DNA of 54,644 nucleotides from Candidatus Krumholzibacteriia bacterium (GCA_030592845.1 JAUVII010000005.1:1-54644), one strand, 5' to 3'; positions 25,401-36,846 are shown, counted from the first letter of the stretch. Made by a program: numbers and translations. Notes: generated by a model from the letters alone, not told the origin.

Positions 25401-26495
25401 ATGTCTCGAATCCTCAAATTGTTATGCCTGTCCTGCTGCCTGCTGGCGGCTTCCTGCGGCCCTAAAGAAGCCGAAGTGGGCTGGGAATCGGTGGAATTGG
25501 GTACTGACGCCGAGTTTCGTGACGTCTTTTTCCTCGATTCCCAAAACGGCTGGATTGTGGGCAAAGGTGGTGTGGGGATCACCGGGGGCATCATCGGTCG
25601 CACCCGCGACGGGGGTGGGACCTGGACCTACCGCAGCGGCCTGATCGGGAAACGTCCCCGTACCAGATCGGTCGATTTGAACGCCGTTGTATTCGTCGAT
25701 ACGCTGCGGGGCTGCATCGCCGCGGGGGCGGGGACCATGATCACCACCACCGATGGCGGCGAGACCTGGGACAGGATTCCCCCGACGGGCCCGGTTTACG
25801 CGCAAAACAAGGACATCGATTTTGTGGATGATCGTAACGGATGGGTTATCGGCCGGCAGGGAGTACTCCGCACCGACGATGGCGGCGACAGCTGGAGGCG
25901 CGTCGACGAGGAGGAAAAAATGACAGGTGACGCTCTTGATTTCCTGGATCTTGAGCACGGTTGGGTGGTTGGGAAATTCGGTGCCGCCCACCGCACTGAA
26001 GACGGCGGAGTGACCTGGGAAAAAGTGGAGGCATGGGGAGATCTGGAAGGTCTCAGCGGAGACGAAATGCCCAAATTCACCTCGGTCCACTTCAGCGATG
26101 AAAACCACGGCTGGATTGCGGGCTACATTCGTGAATTCCCCGGTTTTGAACAGCACGATTGGGGGGTCATCATTCACACGTCGGACGGTGGCCGGACCTG
26201 GGAACATCAGCTGGACGGTGTCGAATCTCTTTTGAAGTCCATCAGGTTCGAAAACAACCGGCGCGGCTGGGCGGTCGGCTACAACGTCAACGACGGGACC
26301 GCACAAATTTTGGCGACCGAAAACGGCGGCGGGTCCTGGGAGATCCAGACAACAATCCATGGGGAAGAACTGCTGGCTTTGTTTGAACGAGACGGACAGG
26401 TATGGGCCGTGGGCGACAGGGTCAGGGAAAAGCCCCAGAGAATGTTCAGGCTAATCCCCGCCCTCGGTGTCGGGAAGTCCGGCGAGGTCCAGTGA
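25401..26495 (+). CDS. YCF48-related (BNR-repeat beta-propeller) lipoprotein
   Basis: Lipobox AASC; repeated 'F.D...GW.VG..G.I..T.DGG.TW'. Confidence 0.9.
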   Translation: MSRILKLLCLSCCLLAASCGPKEAEVGWESVELGTDAEFRDVFFLDSQNGWIVGKGGVGITGGIIGRTRDGGGTWTYRSGLIGKRPRTRSVDLNAVVFVDTLRGCIAAGAGTMITTTDGGETWDRIPPTGPVYAQNKDIDFVDDRNGWVIGRQGVLRTDDGGDSWRRVDEEEKMTGDALDFLDLEHGWVVGKFGAAHRTEDGGVTWEKVEAWGDLEGLSGDEMPKFTSVHFSDENHGWIAGYIREFPGFEQHDWGVIIHTSDGGRTWEHQLDGVESLLKSIRFENNRRGWAVGYNVNDGTAQILATENGGGSWEIQTTIHGEELLALFERDGQVWAVGDRVREKPQRMFRLIPALGVGKSGEVQ

Positions 26496-26966
26496 GTCGG
26501 TGAAGGCGAGTGAGGTCTTCAGGCCCTCGAATACGGCGTCCATCAACTCGAATTGGCCCTGCGCCATGTAGAGGGCCAGCAACGATTTTTCATTCATCAC
26601 GAATACGTATCGTTTGCGGTACTGGTGGCTGAGATGGTCCCAGGTATCGACTGCCCGGGCCGGTCTGCCGCTCACCTGGAAACTGTCGCGTGAGGCGGTT
26701 TCGCGCCGCCCGTCTTCCCGCAATTGGACCAGGGCCCGCTCGATGGCTTTGTCGATATTCCAGCCCATCCTGCCCATGTCTTCCACCGCAATGCGCTCGA
26801 AGTCCTTGCGGAACTGGTGCTTTTCGCCGGAGTCGAAATGTTCCCAGTCCGGCGGAACCATCAGGGATACGGCATGGGTCCCGACCTGGATTCGGGTCGG
26901 TTCCGGCTGGTCGCAGGCCGCCGTCAGGCTCAGGGTCAAAAAAAGCAGCCAGACCACGCGTCGCAT
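26451..26966 (-). CDS. Hypothetical lipoprotein (possible PsbP/DcrB-like fold)
   Basis: Lipobox TAAC; 'VSLMVPPDW', 'VSGRPA', 'FEGLKTSLAF'. Confidence 0.65.
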   Translation of the reverse strand: MRRVVWLLFLTLSLTAACDQPEPTRIQVGTHAVSLMVPPDWEHFDSGEKHQFRKDFERIAVEDMGRMGWNIDKAIERALVQLREDGRRETASRDSFQVSGRPARAVDTWDHLSHQYRKRYVFVMNEKSLLALYMAQGQFELMDAVFEGLKTSLAFTDSLDLAGLPDTEGGD

Positions 26967-27553
26967 CAGTGATCCTCCGCCGGTTGGAAGGTAACCGTTT
27001 CCACGACCCGCTCGAACAGGGGCAGGTTCACGGGCAGGCCCAAAAAGGCCGCTTCGAAAAGGTGGTCTTTTTTCAGGAAGTAATACTCGCGTCCGACCAG
27101 CGACCGTTCCGGCATGTTCAAGGTGAAGTCCAGACGGTAGGCCGGCATGCCGGCGATGGTATCGGGCACCATGGCATGCACGACGAAGCTGTCGACGGGA
27201 ACCGGCCAGCCCTCCGTGGATAACCTGGTTTCCTTAACCACATCATCGAGGGTGAAGGGTCCGCGGTGGCCCCTTTTGAGGCTCCGTTCGCCGACCTTGT
27301 AATACTCCGCAATATAAATGCGTTCCCCGACTGATCCCTTGTGGGTGAACCAGACGCCACGCAACCCGCCCTGGTTGTGCTTTTGACGTTCCCATTGGGC
27401 GGGCGGGGGCTGGAAGGTCAGGGGTATGACGCACCAGTTGAAGGTTTCCGCCGCAAGAAGGGGTTCCTTGAGGGCTTTCTTTTCCTGGGAATCACAGGCA
27501 AGAAAAACCGTCAGGATAATAAACAAGAACCAGACGCCGCGTGAACGACTCAA
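26966..27553 (-). CDS. Hypothetical lipoprotein (possible PsbP/DcrB-like fold)
   Basis: Lipobox FLAC; 'FQPPPAQW', 'IAGMPAYR', 'FERVVETVTF'. Confidence 0.65.
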   Translation of the reverse strand: MSRSRGVWFLFIILTVFLACDSQEKKALKEPLLAAETFNWCVIPLTFQPPPAQWERQKHNQGGLRGVWFTHKGSVGERIYIAEYYKVGERSLKRGHRGPFTLDDVVKETRLSTEGWPVPVDSFVVHAMVPDTIAGMPAYRLDFTLNMPERSLVGREYYFLKKDHLFEAAFLGLPVNLPLFERVVETVTFQPAEDH

Positions 27554-27568
27554 GGTGTCTCCTTCCGA

Positions 27569-29098
27569 TCAACCCGCCAGATACAACCCCGCCCCAGGTC
27601 CCAAAGGCAGGCCCCTCAACAGCCAGATCACCAGCAAAATCATCCACCCAATAGTAAAGGCCACCGAGTAGGGCAGCATGGTGGCGATGACCGTGCCGAT
27701 GCCGGCCTTGGGGTCGTACTTCTGGACGAAGGCCACGATCAGGGCGAAAAACGACATCATGGGGGAAATCATGTTGGTGGTGCTGTCCCCGATCCGGTAG
27801 ACGCCCTGCACCAGCTCGGGGGTGTAGCCCAGCAGCATGAACATGGGCACGAAGATGGGGGCCATGAAGGCCCACTTGGCCGAGGCGCTGCCCATGGTCA
27901 GGTTCAGCGCGGCGGACAAAATAATGAACGACAGCATCAGCGGGATGGGTCCCAGTCCCGACGCCTTCAATCCCTCGGCGCCCCCGATGGCCAGGATCAT
28001 GCCCAGGTTGGTGTACTTGAAGTAGGCCACGAACTGGGCGGCGAAAAACACCAGGACCATGAACAGGGCCAGGGTTTCCATGGATTCCTTCATGCCCGTG
28101 ACGATGTCACTGTCGCTCTTGAAAGTGCCGGCGGCAAACCCGTAGGCCACTCCGGCAAGCAGTCCGCCCAGGAAAATGAAGGTTACGATGCCGTGCATGA
28201 AGGGTGAGTGCAGAACACTGCCGGTTTCAATGTCCCGCAGGAAACCGTTGGCCGGCACGAGACCCCATACGACCACGCCCATCAGCAGCAGATTAACCGC
28301 GGCCGACCACCACAATCCCTTTTTTTCCGCAGCGGTCACTGGTTTCATGTCGTCAAACTGGTCCGGCTTGGGCCCTTCGTAAACCCCGAGCCGCGGCACC
28401 ACGATTTTTTCGGTGACCCAGGTGCCCAGGCTCGCGATGATGAAGGTCGAGACGAACATGAAGTAATAATTGCAGGCCGGAGTGATGGTGTATTCGACGT
28501 CGATGATGCGGGCGGCTTCCTGGGTGATGCCCGCCAGAAGGGGGTCGATGGTGCCCAGCAGCAGGTTGGCGCTGAAGCCTCCCGATACTCCGGCAAAAGC
28601 GGCGGCCAACCCGGCGATGGGGTGCCGGCCGATGGACAGGAAGATGATCGCTCCCAACGGAACCAGCAATACGTAGCCCACGTCGCTGGCTATGTTGGAC
28701 ATCACTCCGGCCAGGACGATCACGAAGGTCAGCAAACGGCGGGGCGCCGCGTGCACGAGCAGGCGCAAAGAGGTGGCCATCAAGCCGCTCTTTTCAGCCA
28801 CTCCGATGCCCAGCAGCGCGACCATGACGGTACCCAGGGGAGCGAAACCGGTGTAGTTCCTGACGGTGTGTTCCAGGATCCAGTGCAGCCCCGAACGGGA
28901 AATCAGGTTGATCGGTTCGATAATGGAGCCATCCTTGGGATGGATGGCGGTCACGCCCAATTCGCTCAACAGCCAGGACAAAAAAACCACCGATGCGGCC
29001 AGGATGGCGAACAGGGTGGCGGGATGAGGCAGGGCGTTGCCCACCTTTTCGATGGCGCCCAGGAAGCGGGGCAATAGTTGCGCGCGAGCGGTGGTCAT
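27569..29098 (-). CDS. abgT: AbgT family (p-aminobenzoyl-glutamate) transporter
   Basis: '[11 protein letters not shown]', '[22 protein letters not shown]', 'GSASAKW', 'YRIGDSTTN'. Confidence 0.92.
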   Translation of the reverse strand: MTTARAQLLPRFLGAIEKVGNALPHPATLFAILAASVVFLSWLLSELGVTAIHPKDGSIIEPINLISRSGLHWILEHTVRNYTGFAPLGTVMVALLGIGVAEKSGLMATSLRLLVHAAPRRLLTFVIVLAGVMSNIASDVGYVLLVPLGAIIFLSIGRHPIAGLAAAFAGVSGGFSANLLLGTIDPLLAGITQEAARIIDVEYTITPACNYYFMFVSTFIIASLGTWVTEKIVVPRLGVYEGPKPDQFDDMKPVTAAEKKGLWWSAAVNLLLMGVVVWGLVPANGFLRDIETGSVLHSPFMHGIVTFIFLGGLLAGVAYGFAAGTFKSDSDIVTGMKESMETLALFMVLVFFAAQFVAYFKYTNLGMILAIGGAEGLKASGLGPIPLMLSFIILSAALNLTMGSASAKWAFMAPIFVPMFMLLGYTPELVQGVYRIGDSTTNMISPMMSFFALIVAFVQKYDPKAGIGTVIATMLPYSVAFTIGWMILLVIWLLRGLPLGPGAGLYLAG

Positions 29099-29224
29099 GA
29101 AGCGGCCGGCCTTTCGGGAATGCGGGTTTGGGAGGGACCAACCGGATATTAGGCCAACCTCCCGGGCCGTAACAGTGATAACTTGGAGCGGTAGATAATC
29201 ACACCAGGTTTTGCAGGAGGATTT

Positions 29225-30091
29225 GTGACGGCGAAGATACATCCATGGACCCGGTTTCGGGTCCCGTTAATGTGGGGCCTGCTCTTGTGGGGGCTTTCCG
29301 AGTGCGCCCATGAAACCACCTTGACCAAGGCCGATCTGCGATTGTACGGCGACCTCGAAACAGGCGTGCTTCCGTCAGGTTCCGATTCCCTGCTGTGCGT
29401 GTCCTACAACATCGAATACAGCGAAAAACTGGACCAGGCCCTGACCGACCTGACGTCCGACCCCCGCCTCCTCAACCCGGACATCCTGCTGCTGCAGGAA
29501 ATGGACCCCGAAGGGGTGGCCTTCCTCGCCGAACGCATGGGAATGAACTACTTCTATTATCCCTCGTTCATCCATCCCCATCACGGCCGCCTGTTCGGCA
29601 CCGCGGTGCTTTCTCCCTGGCCCCTTGGGCAGCCCCAATCCATCGTCCTGCCCTATCCCAATCCCCTGACCGACAACCATCGCACGGCCCTGGCCGTGGA
29701 TATAGAGATCGGGAACCGGGTGGTGCGCGCGGTGAGCGTTCACATGTCCACGTTGATGATCGACCTGGAGGATCGCCTCGAGCAGGCGACCATCGTGGCC
29801 GACAGCCTTGTCTCGGACAAGGGAGCCGCAATCATCGGAGGGGATTTCAATACCGGGACACCCTGGGAAGTGGTTGTGTTTCGGCGGGTGGCGCGGAAAG
29901 CCGGTTTCAGGGAGGCGCGTTTCCAAGTGGAGAGGACCGCGCTGGGCGGACCTCTGGATATGGTCGGCTACCATTTGAACCTCGACCACATCTATTACCG
30001 GGACCTGGACTTGGTGGCCGCGGGGGTGTCGGACGACGCCACGGCCAGCGACCACTTTCCGGTCTGGAGCCTTTTCCGGTGGCGGAAGTGA
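29225..30091 (+). CDS. Endonuclease/exonuclease/phosphatase family protein
   Basis: 'SYNI', 'LLLQE', 'IIGGDFN', 'LDHIY', 'SDHFPV'. Confidence 0.9.
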   Translation: MTAKIHPWTRFRVPLMWGLLLWGLSECAHETTLTKADLRLYGDLETGVLPSGSDSLLCVSYNIEYSEKLDQALTDLTSDPRLLNPDILLLQEMDPEGVAFLAERMGMNYFYYPSFIHPHHGRLFGTAVLSPWPLGQPQSIVLPYPNPLTDNHRTALAVDIEIGNRVVRAVSVHMSTLMIDLEDRLEQATIVADSLVSDKGAAIIGGDFNTGTPWEVVVFRRVARKAGFREARFQVERTALGGPLDMVGYHLNLDHIYYRDLDLVAAGVSDDATASDHFPVWSLFRWRK

Positions 30092-30094
30092 AGA

Positions 30095-30343
30095 TCAGGC
30101 GGGGCTGGGTTCTTCTGAGGTGTCTTCTTCGTCCTGGTCGACTTCTTCTTCGGTCTCTTCGACTTCCGGCCAGGTCTCGGTCACGTTGCCGAATGCATCG
30201 ACCGTGATAATCGGCTTCACCACTTCTTCACCAGCGGCAATGGCAGCCTTGCGCTCGGCTTTGGCCAGGCGTTTGGCTTCCTTCTTTTTCTTCTTTTCGA
30301 GTTCCTTGCGGCGTTTCTCGTAGGAGAAATTGGATCGCGCCAA
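30095..30343 (-). CDS. Small hypothetical protein (basic N-terminus, acidic C-terminus)
   Basis: 'NFSYEKRRKELEKKKKKE'; RBS aagga; TTG start. Confidence 0.7.
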   Translation of the reverse strand: MARSNFSYEKRRKELEKKKKKEAKRLAKAERKAAIAAGEEVVKPIITVDAFGNVTETWPEVEETEEEVDQDEEDTSEEPSPA

Positions 30344-30529
30344 GTGGATTTCCTTTCGACGGTGAAAAGCGGGTTCGATGGTTTAACCCGGGAATTGTAG
30401 GTCTGCGGCAGGCTCAGGTCAATAAAGAGTCGTAGGCCGGACCCAATTCTGTTCATTAAACCCTTGAAGTATTAGTGTATTGTGGTCCCTGTTCGCACCC
30501 TCAAAGATTTTGGAAGAAACGCGAAAACC

Positions 30530-31030
30530 ATGGATTTTACCCCCTTCATCGTCTGTTCCCCCGGCGATCGGGCTCCCCGGCCACGTCCCATGAGTACTCC
30601 CGACGGCCTGGGGGATCGCATGCGAACGGCGGCTTTTGCCGAATTGCAGGCGATTGTAGCTTTCCGGTGGGCGGTGGATCAGTTCCCGGACGCCCCGCCG
30701 GCCCTCAGGGACAAATGGACCGCTCAGGTTGCCGATGAAACCCGTCACTACGAAATGATCTGCAGGCGCATGGGGGAGCTGGGTTTCGAGCTGACGGGCC
30801 AACCGGTATCGACCGCGCTTTGGGAGTCGTTGAAGGTGTGCACCACGGACAGGGATTTCTGCATCAGGATCGCCAGCGCCGAAGAGCGCGGCCGCCTGGC
30901 GGGAGTCCGGCTGGTCGATTACCTGGGGAAGTCCGACCCCGAGACCACGGCGATATTTCAGGAAATAGCCGATGACGAAGTGGCTCATGTCGCCCTGGCC
31001 GCCACCTTTTTCGATTGGGTGCCGGAGTAA
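30530..31030 (+). CDS. Ferritin-like diiron protein (DUF455-like)
   Basis: 'AFAELQA', 'DETRH', 'EERG', 'DEVAHV'. Confidence 0.8.
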   Translation: MDFTPFIVCSPGDRAPRPRPMSTPDGLGDRMRTAAFAELQAIVAFRWAVDQFPDAPPALRDKWTAQVADETRHYEMICRRMGELGFELTGQPVSTALWESLKVCTTDRDFCIRIASAEERGRLAGVRLVDYLGKSDPETTAIFQEIADDEVAHVALAATFFDWVPE

Positions 31031-31040
31031 TACCGGAATA

Positions 31041-32663
31041 TCATTTCTTTGAATTACGCCGGCTCAGGAACGTGTGGACCCTGCCGATCAGACGGCCGGG
31101 AGAAAACGGCTTGCGGATCAGATCGACGTCTTCCATGGCAAAGCCCTGTCTTTCCAGAACGTCGTCCGTATAACCCGACATGAACAGGGCGTTGAGCTCA
31201 GGCATTTCCAGGCGCAGCCGGGCCACCAGTTCGGGACCGTTCATGACCGGCATGATGACGTCGGTCAGGACCATGTCGAAGGCCCAGTCATGTTTTTCGG
31301 CAAGGGCGAGGGCTTCCTCTCCGGAGTGGGCAACCTCCACCTGATAGCCCTCTTTTTCCAGGGCCTTGGTGATGAGGCGGCCGGCGGCCTCGTCGTCTTC
31401 CACCACCAGGATGCGTTCATTCCCGGAGGCCCCGGGGCGGAATTCAGGTTCCCCCGACCCGGCGGAAGAGAGAGGTTCAGCCGATTCGGGCAGCAGGATT
31501 TCCAGGGTGGTACCGTGGCCCTCGTGGCTGACGATGCGGACATCGCCACCGCTCTGCTTGATGATGCCGTAGACGCTCGACAGGCCCAGCCCCGTCCCCC
31601 GACCCCTTTCCTTGGTGGTGAAAAAGGGTTCGAAAGCCCGGGCGACGACCTCGCTGTCCATACCCGATCCCGTATCCGTGAATTTCAGGGAAACATACCG
31701 GCCCATGGGCAAATCCACTCCGTTGGTGACCGATTTGATCCCTCGGGTGGTCTTGATGGTCAGAATTCCGCCGTCGGGCATGGCGTCCCGGGCATTGGAC
31801 ACGATGTTCAGGATAACCTGTTCCAACTGCCCCGGGTCCACCTTGACGGGCAGGGGGACACCGGCGGTCTCGAGGACCATTTCAATGTCCTCACTGATCA
31901 GGCGCCGGATCATCCCCGTCAGGTTACCGACCACCAGTTCGAGGTCGACGATTTCCGGTTTGAGATCCTGTTTGCGGCTGAACGCCAACAATTGCGCGGT
32001 CAGCGTGGCCGCTTTTTCTCCGGCCCGGACGATCTCCCGGGCATCCTCCAGAAGCTCAGGCTGGTCCGCCACCGAGTCCTTGATGAGTTCCGCGTAGCCC
32101 AAGATGGCCACGAGGATATTGTTGAAATCGTGGGCGATGCCGCCGGCCAGTTTTCCGACGGCTTCCATTTTCTGGGCGTGCCGCAGCTCTTCTTCCAGAT
32201 GCTTCCGTTCGGTTATTTCCCGCCAGGCCACGTGAAGGACATCGCGGCCCGCGAGGGGGACCGAGGTCAGCAGGACTTCCACCGGAAAAACTTCCCCGTC
32301 GGCACGCTGATGGTTCCATTCGAAACGATGGCTGCCTCGGGCAAAGGCGAGGGCCATCATATCGTTGGCTTTTTCAAAGGAAATCCGGCCGTCGGGTTGA
32401 TACTCCGGGGAAAGTTCGGAGGGGTGGGTCTGGAGCAGTTCTTCCCGGGTGGCGTAACGCAGCATCTTGACGGTGGCTTCGTTGCAGTCCACGAAAGTGT
32501 CGCCGTCGATGATCAGGTTGGCGTCGGCGGATCTTTCGAAAACTTCACGGTAGCCGGGAAGTTCGTCCTTGTTCTCGTACCTGGCAAGCAACGCCTGAAG
32601 GTCCTGCACCTGCCGGCGCAATCCTTCGATATCCGATGAGCACTTTTTATCGTCGTAGGGCAT
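31041..32663 (-). CDS. PAS-domain hybrid sensor histidine kinase/response regulator (CckA-like)
   Basis: '[10 protein letters not shown]', 'NARDAM', 'FFTTK..GTGLGL', receiver 'LTDVIMP'. Confidence 0.93.
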   Translation of the reverse strand: MPYDDKKCSSDIEGLRRQVQDLQALLARYENKDELPGYREVFERSADANLIIDGDTFVDCNEATVKMLRYATREELLQTHPSELSPEYQPDGRISFEKANDMMALAFARGSHRFEWNHQRADGEVFPVEVLLTSVPLAGRDVLHVAWREITERKHLEEELRHAQKMEAVGKLAGGIAHDFNNILVAILGYAELIKDSVADQPELLEDAREIVRAGEKAATLTAQLLAFSRKQDLKPEIVDLELVVGNLTGMIRRLISEDIEMVLETAGVPLPVKVDPGQLEQVILNIVSNARDAMPDGGILTIKTTRGIKSVTNGVDLPMGRYVSLKFTDTGSGMDSEVVARAFEPFFTTKERGRGTGLGLSSVYGIIKQSGGDVRIVSHEGHGTTLEILLPESAEPLSSAGSGEPEFRPGASGNERILVVEDDEAAGRLITKALEKEGYQVEVAHSGEEALALAEKHDWAFDMVLTDVIMPVMNGPELVARLRLEMPELNALFMSGYTDDVLERQGFAMEDVDLIRKPFSPGRLIGRVHTFLSRRNSKK

Positions 32664-32884
32664 TGGGTCGCCTTGATTGGTGGACTGTTCCTATCCATGA
32701 TAAGAAGATCCGGGCGGACACGGCCACCGGAATTTTTTTCCCTGTCGCGATCATAAATCCAGATCGGCAAAAAACGGTATTAGTTGAGTTTTGAGGATAT
32801 TAATCCCGGCAAAGGGGTAGCCAGGCGAAAATTTAGGTATATTCCACAGCTAATCCGCCTCCTGAATGTACCTTATGCCCTTGG

Positions 32885-34291
32885 ATGACATCTTTGACCA
32901 ATCCTTCCAACAACCTGACCACCGATCCGATCCCGGTTCTGATCCGCAGGTTGGCGATTCCCTCGTCGGTGGGAATGTTCTTCAACACCATGTACAACGT
33001 GGTGGACACCTACTACGCGGGCGGTCTGTCGACAGAGGCCCTGGCGGCACTTTCCCTGACCTTCCCCATATTTTTCATTCTCCTGGCCATGGGCATGGGA
33101 TTCTCCACGGGAGCGACCGCTCTTATCGGTAACGCGCTTGGCCGCATGGACCGCGCCGAGGCCTCCCTGATCGCCAGCCAGGGGTTGATCCTGACCTTCC
33201 TGCTGACCGCCGTGGTCATGGCCACCGGGTTCACCGCGGCTCCTTCGTTGTTCCGTCTGCTGGGGGCGACCGACCAATACCTGGAACTGTGTCTCCAGTA
33301 TATCAACGTGATCCTCGGTGGCTGCGGAATAACCCTGTTCGTGTTCATGTTCAACGGGATCCTCAATTCCCAGGGGGACACCCATTCCTTTCGGGATTAC
33401 CTGATCGTGGCGACGGTGGCCAACATCATCCTGGACCCCTGGTTCATGTACGGTGGCCTGGGAATACCCGCGATGGGCGTCAGGGGCATCGCCGCGGCGA
33501 CGGTTCTGGTGCAGATGGGCGGAGTGATATTCCTGGGCATGCGCGCCCGGCGCACCGGTCTGATTTTCCGGTCCAGCGGCGCCCGGTGGCGGCCGGACCG
33601 CCGCGTCCTGCGCGCGATCATCGGCCAGGGAGTTCCCGCCAGCCTGAACATGATGACCGTGGCCCTGGGCATTTTCATCATCACCTACTTTCTGAGCGGA
33701 TTCGGCCAGAAGACCGTGGCGGCCTACGGGGCGGCGACACGCATCGAACAGATCGTTCTGCTGCCGGCTCTTGGTCTGAACGTGGCGGCCTTGACCCTGG
33801 CGGCCCAGAACGGCGGGGCGGGAAGGTTCGACAGGGTCCGCTCCACGGTCAGGTACGCTTTGTCGTACGGCGCGATCGTGATGGTGCTTGGCGCGGCCAT
33901 CGTATTTTTCGGGGCGGGTCCGTTGATGCGTTTGTTCTCCAAGGATCCGGAAGTCGTAGCTATCGGCGTCAGCTATCTTCGCATCGCGGCTTTTATCGAA
34001 CACGCCTACGTTTTCCTGTTCATCAACACGTCGCTGCTTCAGGGCTTGAAAAAGCCGGCGTTTGCCCTTTGGATTGGGCTGTACAGGCAGCTGATCATGC
34101 CCGCCGCGCTTTTCTATCTGGTGACCAGGGTATTGGACATCGGGTTGACCGGTATCTGGTGGGGAATTTTCGCGATCGCCTGGTCCGCTGCCATTGTGTC
34201 CATTTTCTACGCCAGGGGCGTGGTTGATAAAATGGCCCGGGTTGCGCCACTACCTGACGAATCCCCGGAACAGGAGCCTTCCGTTACATGA
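32885..34291 (+). CDS. MATE family efflux transporter
   Basis: 'LAIP...YNVVDTYY', 'NIILDPWFMYG...MGVRG', about 12 TMs. Confidence 0.92.
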   Translation: MTSLTNPSNNLTTDPIPVLIRRLAIPSSVGMFFNTMYNVVDTYYAGGLSTEALAALSLTFPIFFILLAMGMGFSTGATALIGNALGRMDRAEASLIASQGLILTFLLTAVVMATGFTAAPSLFRLLGATDQYLELCLQYINVILGGCGITLFVFMFNGILNSQGDTHSFRDYLIVATVANIILDPWFMYGGLGIPAMGVRGIAAATVLVQMGGVIFLGMRARRTGLIFRSSGARWRPDRRVLRAIIGQGVPASLNMMTVALGIFIITYFLSGFGQKTVAAYGAATRIEQIVLLPALGLNVAALTLAAQNGGAGRFDRVRSTVRYALSYGAIVMVLGAAIVFFGAGPLMRLFSKDPEVVAIGVSYLRIAAFIEHAYVFLFINTSLLQGLKKPAFALWIGLYRQLIMPAALFYLVTRVLDIGLTGIWWGIFAIAWSAAIVSIFYARGVVDKMARVAPLPDESPEQEPSVT

Positions 34292-35877
34292 ACCGACGCC
34301 GGACATGGGTTCTTCTGGCCGTCGTTTTGATAACGGCTGTTTTTGCCCTGATAGAGACACCGGTTCGCGGACTGTGGCCGCCGGTGGCCGCCTTGGCGGT
34401 GATCATCGTCACACGCCACGCGCTGTTCGGGTTGCTGGCCGGGGGATTCGCGGGGGCCATCCTGATCGCGGGCGGAAATCCCGTGGCCGCTTTTGGCGAC
34501 CTGTTCGCCGCCCACCTGTGGCCGAGCCTGCAAAGCAGCTGGAAAATCGGCGCCATCATTTTCACGTTATTATTGGGTGGTTTTGACGCCATTCTGGAGG
34601 CCGGGGGAGGCTTCGCGTCACTCATGGGCAGGATTGCCGGACATGGGGGCGACTCGTCCCGGCTTTCGAGCCGCAATCTGGAAACCGGCGCCGCGGGTCT
34701 GGGCATCCTCTGTTTTTTTGACGGGCTGGCCAACAGCATGGTGGTCGGCAGGGTCAGCCGCGACCTGGCCGACCGCGCCGGCACCGCCCGGGTCAAACTC
34801 GCCTACATCGTTGATTCAACTTCTTCGGCCGTGGCCTGCATCGCCTTCGTGTCGACGTGGATCGCCTTTCAGCTCTCGATGATCAACGAGGCCTACCTGC
34901 TGGCCGGCCGTTCGGTCAATCCCTACGAAGTGTTCCTGGAGTCCCTGCCCTACAATTTCTACTGCTGGTTTACCCTGGTTCTTTTGTTTGCGTCCATTCG
35001 CCAGAGATTTCATCCTGGTCCCATGGCTCGCTTTGTGGCCGAGGCGTTGGCCGCGGAAACAGATGGGGATGTTGCGCCGGTTCAGACCGAAAAGGCTGCC
35101 GCAAATCCGATGACGGCCCTGGCCCCCCTTGGCATATTGATGGCCTCGTTTTTTGTATTTTTCGTGGCTCTGGGCAGCCCGCGGCCGATTTTTCCCCTGA
35201 GCCGGGATAAAGTGGTGGCCGCCTTCGGGTCGGACTCCGGTCCGCTGGTGCTGGTCCTGGCCAGCGTGGTGGCGGTCCTGGCGGCGGGGCTCATGTTTCC
35301 CTCGCGCCAAGGCGGACGGTTGAAACCCGTTGTGCTGGCTTTCGGCTCCGGCGTGCGGACCATGGTCGGTCCCATTTTTATTCTTCTGGCAGCCTGGATC
35401 ATGAGCAGCGTCATCGGGGAACTCGGGACCGCGACCCTGATTTCACGTCTGGCCACCGAGACGAACACTTTGGCCCTGATGCCTTCGCTGACCTTCCTGA
35501 CCGGCGCGGCGATTTCTTTCGCCACCGGCACATCCTGGGGCACCATGGGCCTTCTGTTTCCCTTGGCGGTTCCCGCCGCTGCGGCCATGGGGGCCCCTGA
35601 TTCCTTTTTGGCCGTCATCGTGGCCGCGGTGTTCAGCGGGGCCGTTTTCGGCGACCACTGTTCGCCCTTCAGCGACACGACCATCGTCACTTCGATTTCC
35701 TGCGGGGTGGAGCCTCACGACCATGTGCGAACCCAGATTCCCTATGCCTTGATCACGGCGGCGGCCGCGGTGGGAATCGGTTTCCTGCCGGCGGGTCTGG
35801 GATTTCCGGCGATCGTTTCGTTGATTATCGGAACAGCTATATTGTTGATGCTGCCCCGGCTGGTGGGTAAACGCTAA
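34288..35877 (+). CDS. Na+/H+ antiporter NhaC family protein
   Basis: 'KLAYIVDSTS', 'SFATGTSWGT', 'GAVFGDHCSPFSDTTI', 'HVRTQIPYA'. Confidence 0.92.
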   Translation: MNRRRTWVLLAVVLITAVFALIETPVRGLWPPVAALAVIIVTRHALFGLLAGGFAGAILIAGGNPVAAFGDLFAAHLWPSLQSSWKIGAIIFTLLLGGFDAILEAGGGFASLMGRIAGHGGDSSRLSSRNLETGAAGLGILCFFDGLANSMVVGRVSRDLADRAGTARVKLAYIVDSTSSAVACIAFVSTWIAFQLSMINEAYLLAGRSVNPYEVFLESLPYNFYCWFTLVLLFASIRQRFHPGPMARFVAEALAAETDGDVAPVQTEKAAANPMTALAPLGILMASFFVFFVALGSPRPIFPLSRDKVVAAFGSDSGPLVLVLASVVAVLAAGLMFPSRQGGRLKPVVLAFGSGVRTMVGPIFILLAAWIMSSVIGELGTATLISRLATETNTLALMPSLTFLTGAAISFATGTSWGTMGLLFPLAVPAAAAMGAPDSFLAVIVAAVFSGAVFGDHCSPFSDTTIVTSISCGVEPHDHVRTQIPYALITAAAAVGIGFLPAGLGFPAIVSLIIGTAILLMLPRLVGKR

Positions 35878-36030
35878 TTCTAACCGATTTCATTCCCATT
35901 ACCGAAATATTCCGAACAGCCGCGCAGATGAAACGACATTAAGTTACAGAGTTGCACTGCTGAATCCGGGGGAGGGTTCATTCGGAGCTGTCTTCGCTTC
36001 GGCAGGCAACACAAGAAAAGGGGGGTCACT

Positions 36031-36816
36031 ATGAAACCGATTATTACCTGTTTTGCATTATTCCTGACTTTATCCCTCTTGGTATCCGTGGCTACGGCAG
36101 GCGTGGTTCTGGACCCGAACGATATCTCGTGGGTCACGGAGCAGGGTGTGGTCATCTTCACGCTCAACTTCTACAACGATGGGCCGACGCCGTCCGAGCT
36201 CCAGAGCGGGGAGTTGTTCGCGCAGGAATATGGGGCCTTCCTGCCAAACATCACGTCCATTGGTATCTTTGAAATCCCACCGATTCCGCCGGAAAGCTTC
36301 TTCGATGTGTCCGTCGAAATCCCTTACGATCAGCTGCCGCCCTCGGCGGAGGAGCGGTTCGATTGGGATGGTCCCTCAAAAAATGCCGTCTGTGCCAAGG
36401 ATTGGCACTGGGACGGCAACGTGGACGTGATCTGGGGAATCGGTCCACCCGCCGTCCAGTCCCACATCGGTACCATCCAGGTTTGTCCGGGTTACGGTGG
36501 GTCCTACATCCACCTCATCACCGGCTGCAACGGCAACACGACCTGGGCCTTCACGGGTGTGTGCGCGGGCTTCACGGTGAGCTTGCTGGATGAGACCTTC
36601 AACAATGCCCCGGCCGTCCTGCTGCCGGGCTTTTCCGGCTGGATCGCGATTTCAGCCACCGCGGGCACGGCCCTGGGAACGACCTGCTGCCTGACGCTCA
36701 CCCTGACCTGCAACGGCGTTCCCGTTCCGGTCAAGCTGTGTGCGACCACTTGTGACTGCGGACCGATCGAGACTGAAAACAGGGCCTGGGGCTCGATCAA
36801 ATCTCTATACAGATAG
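36031..36816 (+). CDS. Secreted Cys-rich hypothetical protein with C-terminal WGxIKxLYR motif
   Basis: Signal peptide; 10 Cys in the mature C-terminal half; ends 'PIETENRAWGSIKSLYR'. Confidence 0.8.
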   Translation: MKPIITCFALFLTLSLLVSVATAGVVLDPNDISWVTEQGVVIFTLNFYNDGPTPSELQSGELFAQEYGAFLPNITSIGIFEIPPIPPESFFDVSVEIPYDQLPPSAEERFDWDGPSKNAVCAKDWHWDGNVDVIWGIGPPAVQSHIGTIQVCPGYGGSYIHLITGCNGNTTWAFTGVCAGFTVSLLDETFNNAPAVLLPGFSGWIAISATAGTALGTTCCLTLTLTCNGVPVPVKLCATTCDCGPIETENRAWGSIKSLYR

Positions 36817-36846
36817 GATCGGATCCGAGGCCAAACCGGATGACAA

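Noticed and set aside
25401-26495. Photosystem II assembly function
   Set aside because: Generic BNR propeller; no photosynthesis genes nearby.
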